Assembly (NCBI RefSeq): GCF_041956535.1
Contig: NW_027192195.1
Coordinates: 660,150 to 724,149 of the forward strand
Source: Calcarisporiella thermophila CBS 279.70
Lineage: Eukaryota > Fungi > Calcarisporiellomycota
Direction of reading: 5' to 3'
Length of the DNA: 64,000 bases
A program made the translations under genes and the position numbers. Under the pieces are notes generated by a model. That model did no database searches, was not told where the DNA came from, and saw only the letters and a list, made by a program, of their open reading frames with translations. Shown in pieces: positions 51,797 through 63,848 of the stretch; within the stretch, counting starts at the first letter, position 1, and each line of letters starts with the position of its first letter.

Positions 51797-53561
51797 TCAA
51801 GAAGCTGCTTTTCTTCCTTCGCTGAGACCTTCCATTAGCACGAGCCGAATGTCGGGGTTCCTTTTAGCTCGGTCATAGATTGCCAACTTCCTCATCGATA
51901 ACATATAGATGGCCTTCATGAACATGCTTTCAGAATACCCCCGTTCCTGAATCGTTTTGTTCACCTCCGACTTTAGTTGCTCAAGCGTCATCACTCCTCC
52001 CGCCTCACGCAACACTCGGACAATAGTTGCCGCAAGGACCACGTCCTGAGACGGGCGGAACCACACAGGCAGATCCGGTATGTTCTGATCGGAAATGATA
52101 GTATCAACTAGGAAGCCGTTGATTTGACTTTCAGGGGGATGTAGTTAATAGGGTGGCCGTGCATGAAATAAATTGCTTAAGCTCACCTTATAAGATCCAG
52201 CTCTCGCTCCAAACTTAGTGATATTTCAGTGTCTTTTACCAGATCCTCCACGGCCTTGTAACATTGTTGCTACAAACATGGTCACAGCAAGCTTAGTCAA
52301 AGAGAACAGTAGATAGAGTCCAGTTGTTCATTCGTACCATCATGATGGACACTTTGCCCCTGCTTTCACCTCCTTTCAACCCTCGCATGTCTTCGACTAT
52401 CTCCTGAATTCGCTCAAATGCTTCTTCTCCGGGAGCGCTGTTTGATTTCGTCCGAGTAGGAGTCTTTGGGGCCACTTCGGCCATGGCTTTTCGCCGTTTC
52501 TCGACCACAGATGCTAAGGGGGAGAGCAGCGCGACCGTCAATTTTTTAATCTTCAGATTCTAAATGAATGGATCGACGCCGATGCTTACCACATTCCTCT
52601 AGTCGTTTTCGTTTTTTGGACAGCTCTTCTTTCAGTCGCGCTATTTCCTCATCCTCTATTTGGTTTTCTTTCTCCTCGGAAGCGTCCACATCCTCAGACT
52701 CCTGGGCTTGCTGTCGAAGATGTGCATTCTGATACTCCTGTATTTCTTGCTCTAGTCTTTCCATCTAAGATACAAAACCGATTTAATAAATTGGACATAT
52801 TGAGGCACAGAGGGTCAGTGAAGTGGCCAACCTCTTCGTCCTTTTCGCTCAACATCTTTTCCAGGTTTTGAATGTCCATCTGCTCGCGTTTTATTTCCTG
52901 CTCGAGATCCTTGGAGCTTTTTTCGTTCAACGGCGCCTTCTTGGTTAGAACGGTCAAGTTGTTGTCTTGCTAAATGGTGGATAAAATAGTGATTTAATGT
53001 GGTTTATACTTCAACAGTGAGCCAGAGTGCCTCTTCATACCTCGTTCAATTGCGACTGCAATTCTGCAACATAGATTTGCATGTCAGAATGTTGCCGTGC
53101 CAGATAGTGGATGCGCTCAGTGGTCTCCGACAAGTCACTATATAATATACATTCAAAAAATTGAGTTGCTGCAATTTGCATATTGGAGGCAAAGCATTCG
53201 TACCAGATCTTTGCAAGCTGATTAGCCGCGGTCAAGAGTTTCTCTGTGTCAGACATGCCTGTGGTCTGCCCTTTGACCTTTAAAACAGGCTCCTCATCCT
53301 CCCTAGCTCAATGGAATTAATAAGTGATGCTACAGCTTTCATAGAGGCCGAATGGGCTGCTTACTTTGCCTGATCCCCTACCGCACTCACCGGCATGAAC
53401 AATTTTGTTTCATGGAGTTTGGCACCGCGAATGACGGGCTTTACGCGGCTCTCTGGAGATAGCAGTGCCTGCACCGTACCCGATTCAAGGGTGGGGAATT
53501 CAAGCGATGCCATCGCTTGGGTCATGTTTAATATCTTGTCAAGATGCGCAAGAATGGCCAT
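51797..53561 (-). CDS. SPC34: DASH/Dam1 complex subunit Spc34 with a long coiled-coil and winged-helix-like C-terminal extension
   Basis: LAHLDKI...MASLEFP...ALL....VIR.AKLHETKLF; DTEKLLTAANQL..C.....ERI..L; EIKREQMDIQNLE match the Spc34 pattern. Eight exons splice in frame to the stop at 51797. Confidence 0.72.
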
Positions 53562-53714
53562 AGTGTAAAATTCGTGTTCTCTAAAGGGCGTGAATAAAAA
53601 TTGCGCGGAAAAGTCGCGTAAAAAAAATGGATATGTGATGGCTGGTGGCGCAGATTTTAACCATTTTGTCCACTGCAATTTAGCGGAGAGGAATAGGATA
53701 TAGAGCATTGAGCC

Positions 53715-54602
53715 ATGAATACAACACGATCTTCGATAATGTCGGATGCTTCATCCGCTACCATCATTCCACTGTCTCTACCGAAACGGTCGTCCGCAGC
53801 ACCTGTACCCGCAAGCGGCGTGTCTTTCATTCTAGAGCGGCCGCTGAACAAAACTAAATCTAGCGAGGTATGCATCGCATTTCTTAATAATGGAGCAGCC
53901 ATGAATTGCGGCCACAGGAAAGATCCGGGCGCTTAACATAGCATCCATTCCAATGTCTGAAACCTAATTGTCTAAATTCTTGCCTTCCCTTCCTCTTCCT
54001 TCCATTTTTTTTATTACTGCAGGTCAGCTTAGCATCTTTCTCATTTCTCTTCTCTGAAATGCTCCAATACGCCCAAAAAAGAGTGCATGGCATCCAGGAT
54101 CTGGAGAGACGCCTAAATGAATTTGGATATCGGGTGGGACAACGCTTTCTCGAGCTCCTCATGTGGCGGGAGCGGCACGGCAAGCGGGAGACACGGGTGC
54201 TCGGCGTGCTCTATTTCGTGCATACCGTGGTGTGGAAGTGCCTGTTCGGAAAGCAAGCAGACTCACTGGAAAAGAGTACGGAGAACGAGGACGAATGTGG
54301 GTATTTCCTGATAGCGCATGCAGGTAGATTTGCTCATCCTCTGTGAATTGCTTTGCATATGGATAGACATGATTTCCGACAACGATCCGCTGGTCTCCAA
54401 GTACATCTCGGTGCCCAAGGAGCTCTCCCAGCTGAACTGCAATGCGTTTGTGGCCGGAGTTGTCGAGGCAATTTTGGACGGATGCCAGTTTCCTTCCAGA
54501 GTCACCGCCCATACCGTCCCCATCGATGGATATCCACTTCGCACCACCATCCTCATCAAACTAGACCGAGAGGTCCTGTTACGTGAGGAACAGTTAAAGT
54601 AA
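53715..54602 (+). CDS. TRS31: TRAPP complex subunit Trs31/TRAPPC5
   Basis: [10 protein letters not shown]|[54 protein letters not shown]. Confidence 0.96.
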
Positions 54603-54899
54603 AACGACACCTTTTGTTTTTGTTTACCTTATCTTTTTTTATGTCATATATATACAATGCTGCAAGTTGGGGTGTAATAAAAATGATGGTTGAAAAAAAA
54701 AGGGAAGGTTGCTTTATTAAAGAATCGAAAAGAGCAAAACCAAATTTAAAAGATTAAAAGAAAAGAAATTCACCGCCCCGCCCCCGCAATGATAAACAAC
54801 AAATAATATATATTTTATATACTTAGACCCATGACCTAAAAATGATAAACCGATGCTGATAATCCATTAAAAAATGTAGGCGGGAGGACCAGCTGGACT

Positions 54900-56006
54900 T
54901 TACTGTTTGTCCTCCTCAGCATCCTTGGGCTTCTCGGCGGGCTTCGCCTCCTCGGTATCCTCCTGTAAATCCGAGGTCCAGAGGGTCAGGTTGTCGCGCA
55001 GCAGCTGCATGATAAGTGTGGAGTCCTTGTAGGATTCCTCGTTGAGGGTGTCGAGCTCCGCAATCGCGTCATCGAATGCTTGTTTTGCGAGGTGGCAGGC
55101 GCGATCGGGCGAGTTCAGAATTTCATAGTAGAACACGGAGAAGTTGAGCGCGAGGCCGAGGCGGATCGGGTGCGTGGGCGCCAGCTCCGTCTGTGCGGCA
55201 TCTGTGGCCTGCTTGTACGCATCATGCGCATTGGTTGCAGCATCCTTGCGAGTGTCGCTCGTGAGGAACTCGGCCAGGTAACGGTAGTAGTCGCCCTTCA
55301 TCTTGTAGTAGAAGACCTTTGACTCTCCGTTGGAAGCGGCGGGGATCAAGTGATTCTCAAGCACTTTCAAGATGTCCTCGCAGATTTCATTCAGCTCCTT
55401 CTCGACCTTCTGGCGGTACGTCTTAATCATGGCGACGTGCTCCTGGTTGCCCTTGTTTTCCTCCTTCTGCTCGATGGAGGAGATGATACGCCAGGAAGCA
55501 CGGCGGGCGCCAATGACGTTCTTGTACGCGACGGAGAGAAGGTTACGTTCCTCGACGCTGAGTTCCTGGCCGCTGGCAGCCACCGCTTTCATGCTCTCCA
55601 CCATCTCTGCACAGTGGATAGAGGTCAGATGATGTTCAAGAGTAAATTCAGAAGAGGGAGCGAGGGGGAAGTAGCCCCCCAAAAAATAGGCGTGTTGTAA
55701 GTGAACGTGTTACTAACCTTCGTACCTAGAGAGAGATGAGTTAGAATCCACCCATCAGGTGCACATAAGAAGTAAGATATATTTACCTCTCGGACTGCTC
55801 AGCCAGTTTAGCGAGGAAAACCTGATTTTCGCGCTCCTGCCAAGATGAAATGGGGAAATTGCGCCATTAGTACACGAGATTCAAGAACCGGGTGGGCACC
55901 ACCGGCAACATCTCTCTTGCTAGGCCCCATCAATAACTCGCAAGGAACCCTCGGCTCCCTTCGCGAGTTAAAGGGAGGGAGAAAAATAAATACTTACAGA
56001 GGACAT
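54900..56006 (-). CDS. BMH1: 14-3-3 protein (Bmh/Rad24-like)
   Basis: [69 protein letters not shown]. 9-nt first coding exon and 8-nt microexon. Confidence 0.97.
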
Positions 56007-56259
56007 TTTGAATCTTGATGTCAATTAGTTGGAAAGGTGATGAATAAAGAGAAAACGATGGAAGAAAAATTGTTGGAGTCACAAGTGAAGAAAAAAATTC
56101 GATGGTGATATAGGGCGGGGGTGAAACTTCTACGGGCACACGATCCACCACAGTTAATCCAGAAAAATTCCAATTTGCCTGTCGGAGTGACCACTAACTT
56201 TGAATTATTTTCCTCTACTAAGTTATTCAAGCACCAGGAGCTAGTTTCGTTGTTCTATA

Positions 56260-59178
56260 ATGCAGGAGGTAATGTTAGAGAAGCAGGCCCATTCTTTTAA
56301 TTCCCATACGGCAGTGTACTCATTTTTTTTCTGCGGGGTGCGGGCGGAGCTAGGTCGAAGTACAGCCTCGCGACATTTTTCAGCATTTTATCCGAGTCGA
56401 CCGCAAGGGCCAGACATTGCTTTGGTGGTTTTCGACAAAAAACAAGAACATTTCCTTCGGCCTATACAAGAGAGCAATCCCCGGTGAACTGACCAATCTT
56501 CTGTCCATTTCCACCAGCAGCCCCGGCCTAAGCAGCAGTTCATCTGTGTATAGTCGCGATTCGGGCGATGGAGAGTCTCCGGAGCCCCCCATTCCCTCGA
56601 CCCCCGGAAGCCTGGGCCGCAAGAAAATGAGTTCAGCGTCTTACAAACTCGCCCAGGCGGAGCTCATTGAAGTCATCCCTATCCAGCATTACGACTCATT
56701 TTCCAACACCATAAAGGGGCAATACACCGTGAAGGAGGAGGGCACCTATGTATTATGCTTCGGTAGGAAAAATAGCATAGCTTGTGACGCGAGAATGGAT
56801 TGACGATATCCCCCGTTGTCTTTTGTAATTTTTCAGACAATACATATTCCCGCAACACACCCAAAAAGCTCACTTTCTTCGTTTCGCTCTCGAATGGTAA
56901 GATATTGCCTTTTCTAGCCATGGGCCCGATGCTAACGAGTTGTTTGGTACTCTGCTTGCCTCTTAGGAGAATTAGGACAAGTTGGCTCGCAACCTGAGGT
57001 GTCTGGGTGGATTCTGAAAAAGAAACGCAAGAAAATGCAAGGTAACCCTTCTCAAATTCAATCGCTGCCTGAGTTCTTCGACTGAATATGCAATTTTGCA
57101 TGGCCTCAAGGTTGGGCCAAGCGGTGGCTCGAACTCGACCAAGGAAACCTCTCTTATCGTCTTCACCCACAAGGGGTTATCCGTGGGTCCATCCAGCTGG
57201 CCATGTGCACGGTTGCCGTCTCTCCGCATCAAAACACCATCCACGTGGACTCGGGAACAATAATCTATCATCTTCGGGCCCTCACTAAAGAAGACTACGA
57301 CATGTGGGTCAAGGCGATCCGATCCTCAAAGCGAAGCTCGATGGACAAGTCGATCATGAACTTGGAAAACGGGGTGCGGTTGTCTGGAGAGTCTAGGACC
57401 TCTTCCTCATTTTCCGGCGAGTCGGAGGAGTCCCCCTCGGCAGCCCCGGAGCTAAATGGGATGATTGCACGGATGGAGAGGGATTTCTCAAAAGTTGCCG
57501 AGCTCATCGCGAAGGTCTCGCAGCGAGATCCGGCCGCAAAACAGCTCAGCGAGGAATTCCGGATATTCACGGCGAGTAAGGAGCGGATGGTGGAGAGGGT
57601 CCGCAAGGAGATGCTGCAGTGGGCCTCCGAATCGGGGAAGAAGCAGGTCGTCACGCCTTCAGTGCCGGGCGGAAGATCAAGACCGGTGTCCATGCTCTCC
57701 ACCATGAGCCATGACGTATTCTATGACGCAGACGAGGACATCCTCAACCTTGACGAGAAGGAGCAGGACGGGCAAGCGGAGGCCGAGGACTCCGACCAGA
57801 TGGTGCCGACGGTCGAGGAGGAAGAAGAGACAAGGGCCGATCTGGAGGAGCAGCTCAAGCGAAACGCCGAACTCCGGGCCGAAGTCGATGCGGAGGTCAC
57901 CACCCTTGCCGCCCCGACTAACTTCACGCGGCGCCAGCTCCTCCCTCACCCGGTTTGCGGCGACGAGGTTTCGCTGCTCTCGATCCTGCGCAAAAATGTT
58001 GGCAAAGAGCTCTCCGCGGTGTCGATGCCCGTCTCGGTTAATGAGCCGCTCAATGTGCTGCAGCGCCTCTGCGAGGATCTCGAGTATTGCGAGCTGCTTG
58101 ACAAAGCAAACCAGCTGGAGGATAGCATGATGCGCCTTGCCTATGTGGCTGCGTTCTCCGTGTCCTCCTTTTCGAATACCCAACACCGCATTGCCCGCAA
58201 GCCGTTCAACCCTCTGCTTGGCGAGACGTACGAGTGCGTTTTTCCCGAGAAGGGCTTCCGGTTCATTTCCGAAAAAGTGAGCCATCATCCGCCCATCATG
58301 GCTGTAAGTTGGTTTTGGAGTCGCTCGCTGTGCCTTCCCTATTTTGGAAGAATGAAAATGGCGCCCTAACTTGGAATCTGACTCTTTCTCTCTCTCTCTC
58401 TCTCTCACTCCAGTGCCATGCTGAGTCGCCCAACTTCACCTTTTACCAGGATAACAAGGTGAAGACGAAATTCTGGGGCAAATCGCTCGAGCTCATTCCC
58501 AGCGGGGTCGTGCACGTGCGACTTCCCCGCCACGGCGACCATTTCACCTACACGAAGCCCTCCACCTGGACCCGCAACATGCTCGGCGGGACGCGCTATT
58601 TCGAGCACATCGGAGAAGTCCGCGTCACCAATCGCACCACCGGCGAGTACGCGGACCTCACGTACCGCGAGTCCGACTTCTGGGGCAACAAGCGCAACGA
58701 GGTGGAGGCGGTCTTGCGGCGGAGAGACGGGACGCCATGGCGCACTCTCCGAGGCAAGTGGAACGAGGGGCTGGCGCTGGAGGTGGGGGCGGACGATTTG
58801 CACGTGCTTTGGCGCGCCAAGCCGGCGTTCCCCGGCCAGGAGTCCTACTATGGCTTCTCCCGGTTTGCAATCCAGCTGAACGAGATCACCCCCGATTTGC
58901 GGGGCAAGCTGCCGCCGACGGATACGCGCTATCGCCCCGACCAGCGGCTGTTCGAGGAGGGCAAGGTGGCGGAGGCGGATGCGGAGAAGGAGCGGGTCGA
59001 GCGGCTGCAGCGCGAGAACCGGAGGCGGCTCGAGGCGGAAGGCCGAACGTGGGTGCCGCAGTGGTTCGAGTTGCGCGAGGATGACTACGGCGAGGAGGGC
59101 AAGAGCTGGCAGTATCGTGGGCGGTACTGGGAGACCCGGGAGCAAGGTACTTTTGAAGAAAAGATGCGGCTGTGGTAG
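56260..59178 (+). CDS. OSH3: Oxysterol-binding protein Osh3 (GOLD + PH + FFAT + ORD)
   Basis: MQE|VEVQPRD..WWFSTK.KNISFGL (GOLD), LKKKRKKMQ|GWAKRW (PH), VFYDADE (FFAT), KPFNPLLGETYE, EKVSHHPP, LPPTDTRYRPDQR. Confidence 0.95.
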
Positions 59179-59769
59179 ACACGCCTGGGCTCCACCGAGG
59201 ATCGGAGATTGGGTGGGGGGAGGGGGGGGAGGAGAGGAGCTTTGTTATCCACCATTTACATGACTTGAGCACATCCCATTTTCTTACTACACGCTTGACT
59301 CTTATTTTTTGCTGTTGTTTTCGCATTTGCCAAACCGTGTTGTTATCACTCTATTCTGTTTGTATATTAGTCATTGATACATACATATATATATATATAT
59401 TTTTCTTTTCTATGAAGCTTCCCCTAGAAATAGAAATAAAATAAAGGCAAGTTCAAATTAAAAAAATTAGAGCGCAATGCAAACTAGCAGGAAAAATAAA
59501 CGGCACATACAAAGAGATGGATAGATAAATTAAAGAATATAATATGAGATTCACAAAATAGCAGTTGGGAGACAACATACAACATAACAGCAAAGATATC
59601 ATGCTTAGCACGGGGAATCAATACGAATATTAGAGCATGGAAATGAAAAAAAATTTTTTTTAAAAATCGCCGCGAAATGGTAGAGAACTGTTTTGGTTTT
59701 GGTGAGCATGAGCGAGGCCCATTTCTCCTCCCCACTCTGCCTCCCATCGCCCCGCGCCCTTCTATTTCA

Positions 59770-62202
59770 CTAGGCTGCCGGAGCATCTTTAAGGGGGACC
59801 ACGCAAAAGGCAAGTGCACCCATGGCCAAAATCAACTGCACAGCACGGAATCGTTCCATATCCTCCTTGCGCTCCAGATTCCACGTCTCAACTTTTCGTG
59901 GCGCCGCCGGCCGCTCCCTCCGCTTCATCCTCTCCTCCTCGTACAAGTACTCGTAGTATTCCTCGTCCACCTCGTTGTCATCGTACCCCTGCTCGCGTCG
60001 TTTCTTTCGAACCAAGTCCTCCAGAGCGGCAAATGGACTCCACTCCTCGTTGACAGGAGTCCCGCGCGGTCTTCCCCGGGACATCTCCGCCAAATTCCAG
60101 TCGTAGCGTGACAGATTAGCGAGAGGGGGGCTCGGGGTTATCGGAGAAACCATCCCGCCCGTTGCTGCAGCATTGAAGCTGCCGCTTGCGGGAGCTTGAA
60201 TGGGCTGCACGGGGCGTACACGGCAGGATCTCACCGTCTCTCCATACTCAAACTCGGGGACGAGAGACTGCCTTCTTCGCTGCTCGACCATCTCACGGTT
60301 TCTCCACTCCGACAACGAAGGGACCACTTGCCTCCTTGGTGTAGCGGGCGCGCGATGTTTACGCACATAGGCCCCAATCTGCGGAATATTATCCCATGCA
60401 TTGCGGAATCCTCCCGGTTCGGCTTTTTCTGTCGGGCGGGTGGAAGCAGCGGCGACCCCGGCAGGCTTTTCGGAGCCGAAGCCGGGGGCCATGGTTTGCT
60501 TTAGCCTAGCATTTTCATATTCGTTGTGCCAAACGCGACTCGTAGGAGCAAACGGGCGTGAATCGGCCCGTTGTTCCCAGGGAAAAATGGGAGTAATGGG
60601 TTTTCGCGGCGGTGCGGCAGGGTCATAGGGTGGAGGACCGCTCCTGGGCTGAGTAGGAGGTTGCAACTGGTGCCTCGGTTGGTGGCCTAAAGACATAGGT
60701 GGTGGAGGATACGACATGGGGCGCGGTTCGAAGGATGCTTTTGCTTGCGAGGGGCTAGGAGCGGAATCAGGGGATTGAAGGGGGGGCTGAGGGCGATGGT
60801 GGAAATGGTGTTGATCGGCTTGGCTAGAGGGATAATGATAGGGCGAAGGCTCGTGAGGAGGATGCTGAAAAGAGGGCTGCGGCTGGTGCTGGGCTGGCTC
60901 CGAAGCGAAAGACCTAGGGGCCACTCCAGAAGGCCAGTGCTGCCTCTGCCCTGAGGAATCCTGCTCTCTCTGAAAACCATAGGGATGCACATGTTGCGGC
61001 CAATCGTAGCGCGGGAGCTGATGATCACGGTGGTGTGCTGGAGGTTTTGTGGCCGGCGTAGCATACGATTCGCTTTCTTCGCGCTGGGCTCCTAGCTGCG
61101 TCTCGAGCGGCTTTACAGCTTCAAGGATGTCTGGCACATCCCACACATTGGATACTTTAATATTCTCCCAGTCCGGCTGAGGACCGGCCACTTGCTAAAA
61201 CACCGAGAAGAGAATCATGGCCACAGAGTTAGCTATGAACAGAGTTGGCATCCATATGGGGGAGGGGGGGCAAAAAATATTTACTTCTCCACGGGGATAG
61301 TGCTTGTCGTATACGTTCCACCACTTCTGCACCAAGTCCACCAGGTCCTGCGAATTTCCACGGGGAAACACAGAGCCATCCGAAAATCGACTCCATAGCC
61401 AAGGCTTGTCCGTGCCAATATAGTGGACGATGGCAATATCGTTTCGAAAGACACGATAGGCAGGCGAATAGCTGTTTGGAAATGGGGGGTTACGAGACAT
61501 CCATTCGGGCGGAGGGGCCAAAGAATTAGGTGTAGGCATACCTGTAAGCAGCAGAAGGGGTTGTGTTGTAAATAAAAGGGAGGCGGTGCGAGACATCGCT
61601 GGTCGACCACTGGCTGAAAAACGAGTTCAGAAGACCCTGATCGCCTCCTGTACCAATGGCAAAATGAAAAAACAAGAATTAGTATTTACAAGAAAGCTGC
61701 GCGATCGGCCATGGGAAAACCCACCGTCAAAGCTGCCCTGATCCGAGGCAGCCGACATCAAAGCCTGAAACCTCTCTTCCCCGGTTTCCGCGACAAAGAC
61801 TCCAGAGTTAAAGCAGTCGGGCCAGCCTGCGTCGGGAGCGGCCGAGAAATCCGGCCGTGAAAACAGCTCGTCCACATTGCGTAGAGGCAGGGTGTCGGCG
61901 TCCAGAAACACAAACTTTCGCACCCCCGGCAGGTGAAAAGCATGGAGTTTGGTGAGGGAAAGCGAGAGATCAGGGCGACCGAGCAGCCGGAGATTGGAGT
62001 GGCTGCGGGAGTGTATAGGCGGCACCTCTACAAGCTCATCCCATACTTGGGCGAGAGTGTCGCGATGGTGCGGGGAGAGCAAGGGGGTAATCATACATAC
62101 AAGGCGGTGAGTGGTGCCGTGATCGCGGAGGGCATGTCCGAGCACAAGCCCACCCTGTACATAGCGATCATTGGCGACTAGTGTGACAAACACCTCCGAC
62201 AT
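59770..62202 (-). CDS. GLG1: Glycogenin (GT8) with long Pro-rich C-terminal extension
   Basis: FVTLVANDRY..G.LVLGHAL, FLDADTL, AAPDAGWPDCFNSGVF, SFDG|GDQGL, YNTT..AYSYSPAY (autoglucosylation Tyr), VHYIG..KPW, PIFPWE, NAWD. Confidence 0.93.
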
Positions 62203-62658
62203 AGGGATGGGGGAGGAGGAGCGGGAGGGAAGAATTCTCTCGTAGGAAAAGGCGGAGATATCACCAGAAATAGAATCGAAATCTTTTTTTTTTGCACCAA
62301 CGCGTAAATAGTAACCTAACCTACGGCAGATCCCCAACCCAGGGACGTTTCGGGGGTAGATGACGTTTTATGCAGAAAACAGTAACAAAAAGATTTCCAG
62401 ATCGAGGGCCTTGAAGGCATGTCAATAGCACGGAGGCCCCGTTTTTTATCATAAGAGAAGGCCGAGGCCAAAGGACGACGAAGTCTTTGTCAATTTCGAA
62501 AATTGAAATTCGGCCTCGAGGCATAAACAACTCTACCCGAGGAAGGTTTACGCTTTGCATTAAGTAAGAGGGACTCTGGCCCACAGTCAAAGGTATTAAG
62601 CGAAAATCGTTTCTATTTTATCTACACTCTATGAGGAAAGAGGGGTGCTCGCGGCGAT

Positions 62659-63268
62659 CTAGTACTGCGAAGCCATCTGCTGGCATGCCTTCAAGCTGTC
62701 CAGATACCACTGGCAAGCGCTGACATCGTTGCCGTTCGCCTCCAGGCACTTTGTGAATGCCTTGGCGTCCGCCTCGCAGCTGCTGGCCACTTGAGGTTGC
62801 TGCTGCTGCTGTTGCCAAGTCGGCGCCTGGTAAACAGGGGCTGGGGCCGGCTGCGCTTGAGGCTGCGCTTGGGGCTGTGGGTCGGAGGATGAGGAGCCGC
62901 CGCTGAAGAGGGAGGTAATTCCGTGGCCAATGGTGTGACCCACAGCGGAGCCTACAGCAACTCCAGCAGCAGTGGTGGCCGCCTATTTGGGGAGGATCCA
63001 TCGAAACAGGGTGAATCAATGCAATCCGCAGGAGGAAGCGTCAGAGAAATAAAAGCCAAACCTGAGCAAGGAGACCGGGCTGGCGCTGCTCGACAACCGG
63101 AGCGGGAACCTGAGCGGGGGGAGCAGGGGCCATGGCATGCTGAGGTTGATGAGAATGGGGCTGCTGCTGGGGGGGCGGGGGCGGGGCGGCCTGACGCGCA
63201 GGCAGGGTGGAGGCGCTACGGGTTTGCTGGGCAGGGGCTGGGGCAGCGCGACGGGTTTGGCGAGGCAT
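62659..63268 (-). CDS. MIX17: Mitochondrial twin CX9C protein Mix17/CHCHD2
   Basis: MPRQTR.., QPGLLAQ|AATTAAGVAVGSAVGHTIG, CEADAKAFTKC-x10-CQWYLDSLKAC. Confidence 0.95.
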
Positions 63269-63802
63269 GGTTCCGAGGAGGGGGGAGAGGGGGGAGCGAT
63301 CGGGATGGAAAGGGGAGAAAAATAGAGAAAACACAATCACGGGAGGCCGTCGAGAATTAGTAAACAGCGAATCGAAACTCGAGGAAGTCGGAGTGCCAAA
63401 CGCGGCCAAGCCAACTCCGAGAGTCATTGCGCTTGAACGAGGAGGAGGCTGTTGGCTGGGGTTGATCTGAGGTCATTCAGAATAGGCCATGGCGGGCCTC
63501 TGTCCCCGCGGGCCCGGTTTCGGGATCGCGTTGGAGCTTGGGCCGTTTTCCCTCGGCCCAGATTTGGCTTTGGTTCATGGAACCTCCTATCATCGCGAGA
63601 TTTGCAAACCCTATCGCATCTTCTCGCCCCGGCCCCACACGATAGCTTCGATGCGAGGCATCGCTCCTCATCCCATAGAAAAAAAGCCGCCATTAGATAC
63701 TTTTAATTCCTCTCGAGTCATAACAATGAGATAATTAACATGAAGGAGGAAGGTGTGCAAACATGGATGAGATGAATAAAAAAAAAGGCGATGAATAATT
63801 AT

Positions 63803-63848
63803 GGGGGATAGGGGGGAAGGGGGGAAGGGGGAAAGGGGGGAAAGGGGG
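63803..63848 (+). repeat. Poly-G tract array (G5-6 runs separated by short A-rich spacers)
   Basis: Six G-runs read directly. Confidence 0.8.

Noticed and set aside
41895-59326. Long antisense ORFs over WOPR, IBTK and OSH3
   Set aside because: Shadows of GC3-rich codon usage.
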